The translations under genes were made by a program, and so were the position numbers. The notes beneath the pieces were generated by a model. It had not been told where the DNA came from. It searched no databases and worked only from the letters and a program-made list of their open reading frames with translations. A stretch of 64,000 nt of DNA, from contig CASFKI010000054.1 of NCBI GenBank assembly GCA_949295285.1, positions 2,383 through 66,382 on the forward strand, written 5' to 3'. This stretch comes from an uncultured bacterium (GTDB lineage Bacteria; Bacillota_I; Bacilli_A; RF39; UBA660). This document shows, in pieces, positions 63,431 to 64,000 of the stretch (its first letter is position 1; each line of letters opens with the position of its first letter).

Positions 63431-63868
63431 ATGAAATTTAAGACAGTAACAAAGGAAGAATTAGAAACAATGCCTTTTGATGATATAGCATATATTATTT
63501 TAAAAGAAAAAGGTAAAAAAATGAAAATAAATGATATATTTCAAATTATTTGTGATACTTTAAATTTAGGTTCATCAGCTTTTGAAAATCAAATAGGTGA
63601 TTTTTTTGCATTACTTGCTACTGAAAAAAGATTTATACAATTGGATAAAGGATATTGGGATTTAAGAGAAAATCATACTTCTGAAATTAATATCAAGGAA
63701 CTTGAAGAAGATTTAGAGGATGATATTTTGCCAGAAGAACTTGAAAATGAAGAAGAAGATAATAATTATTATGATGATATTGATGAACTAGATGATGATA
63801 AAGAAGAAGATGATTTAAAAGATTTAGTAATTGTTGACGATGGGTATGAAGACGAATCTGAATTATAA
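63431..63868 (+). CDS. rpoE: DNA-directed RNA polymerase subunit delta
   Basis: MKFKTVTKEELETMPFDDIAYIIL..., highly acidic C-terminal tail; RBS GGAGG. Confidence 0.85.
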   Translation: MKFKTVTKEELETMPFDDIAYIILKEKGKKMKINDIFQIICDTLNLGSSAFENQIGDFFALLATEKRFIQLDKGYWDLRENHTSEINIKELEEDLEDDILPEELENEEEDNNYYDDIDELDDDKEEDDLKDLVIVDDGYEDESEL

Positions 63869-63903
63869 AGATTTTCTCTTATATTAATTCAAGAGGAGGA
63901 AAA

Positions 63904-64000
63904 ATGAAAGAAAGATTAGAAATAATACTAGAAAGATATAATCAACTTAATGAAGAATTATTAAAACCCGAAGTCTATGAAGATTATAAAAAAATGCAAG
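63904..64000 (+). CDS. 5' end of a gene running off the window; N-terminus resembles peptide chain release factor 1
   Basis: MKERLEIILERYNQLNEELLKPEVYEDYKKMQ resembles B. subtilis PrfA [24 protein letters not shown]... Confidence 0.5.
   Translation, partial: MKERLEIILERYNQLNEELLKPEVYEDYKKMQ

Noticed and set aside
1-64000. Alternative genetic code (TGA=Trp as in Mollicutes, or TAG/TAA reassignment) suggested by the extreme AT content and the two in-frame stops
   Set aside because: Long conserved genes (mfd 1052 aa, gyrA, gyrB, ftsH, dnaX, mnmG) are open in the standard code, and every checked gene ends at TAA. The two premature stops are isolated and sit in genes that also carry frameshifts or decay signs, so they are better explained as pseudogenisation or sequence error.

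Overview
This is a very AT-rich (roughly 22-25% GC) Bacillota-type chromosomal origin region. Long housekeeping ORFs such as mfd, gyrA, ftsH and dnaX are uninterrupted, so I read it as standard bacterial code 11; TGA and TAG reassignment was considered and not supported. The core is the classic oriC neighbourhood. On the + strand: rpmH, rnpA, yidC, jag/khpB, mnmE, mnmG, rsmG and a ParB-like gene. Diverging on the - strand: dnaA, dnaN, a ComK homolog, recF, gyrB and gyrA. Clusters of a repeated 9-mer (TGTTAATAA / TTATTAACA, DnaA-box-like) flank dnaA. Further down the - strand the order follows the Bacillus map with sporulation-lineage genes retained: SRP RNA, tadA, dnaX, ybaB, recR, a small BofA-like ORF, holB, yaaT/ricT, two methyltransferases, pth, mfd, spoVT, tatD, a 3D-domain yabE-like gene, ksgA, [two tandem hybrid sensor kinases], veg, spoVG, yabP, yabQ, a divIC-like gene, tilS, ftsH, tsaB-rimI-tsaD. 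Compared with Bacillus, the RlbA/yaaA, remB and soj/parA slots are missing. Upstream of that are a GT2 glycosyltransferase, dCMP deaminase, a Ca-type P-type ATPase and a divergent RNB-domain protein. A tRNA-Cys sits next to a roughly 7 kb block of seven membrane-anchored or secreted hypothetical proteins, including a DsbA-like CPHC oxidoreductase paired with a ~38-cysteine repeat protein. The left end holds a decayed MATE transporter (in-frame stop plus three frameshifts) reading through into a cytidylate-kinase-like gene, a CDF transporter, an LtaS-family protein and a partial Ogg-like glycosylase. No CRISPR array, IS element, integrase or prophage was seen. The most unusual items are the kinase pair (one lacks the H-box histidine), the Cys-rich protein with its DsbA-like partner, an ATG-TAG nonsense start on the lead gene of that block, a 479-aa low-complexity gene between the oriC boxes and rpmH, ComK between dnaN and recF, and a pair of ~40-bp hairpin elements beside a CCCGGG palindrome between gyrA and the SRP RNA. 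Coordinates of small non-coding features are hand-counted and may be off by 1-3 nt.
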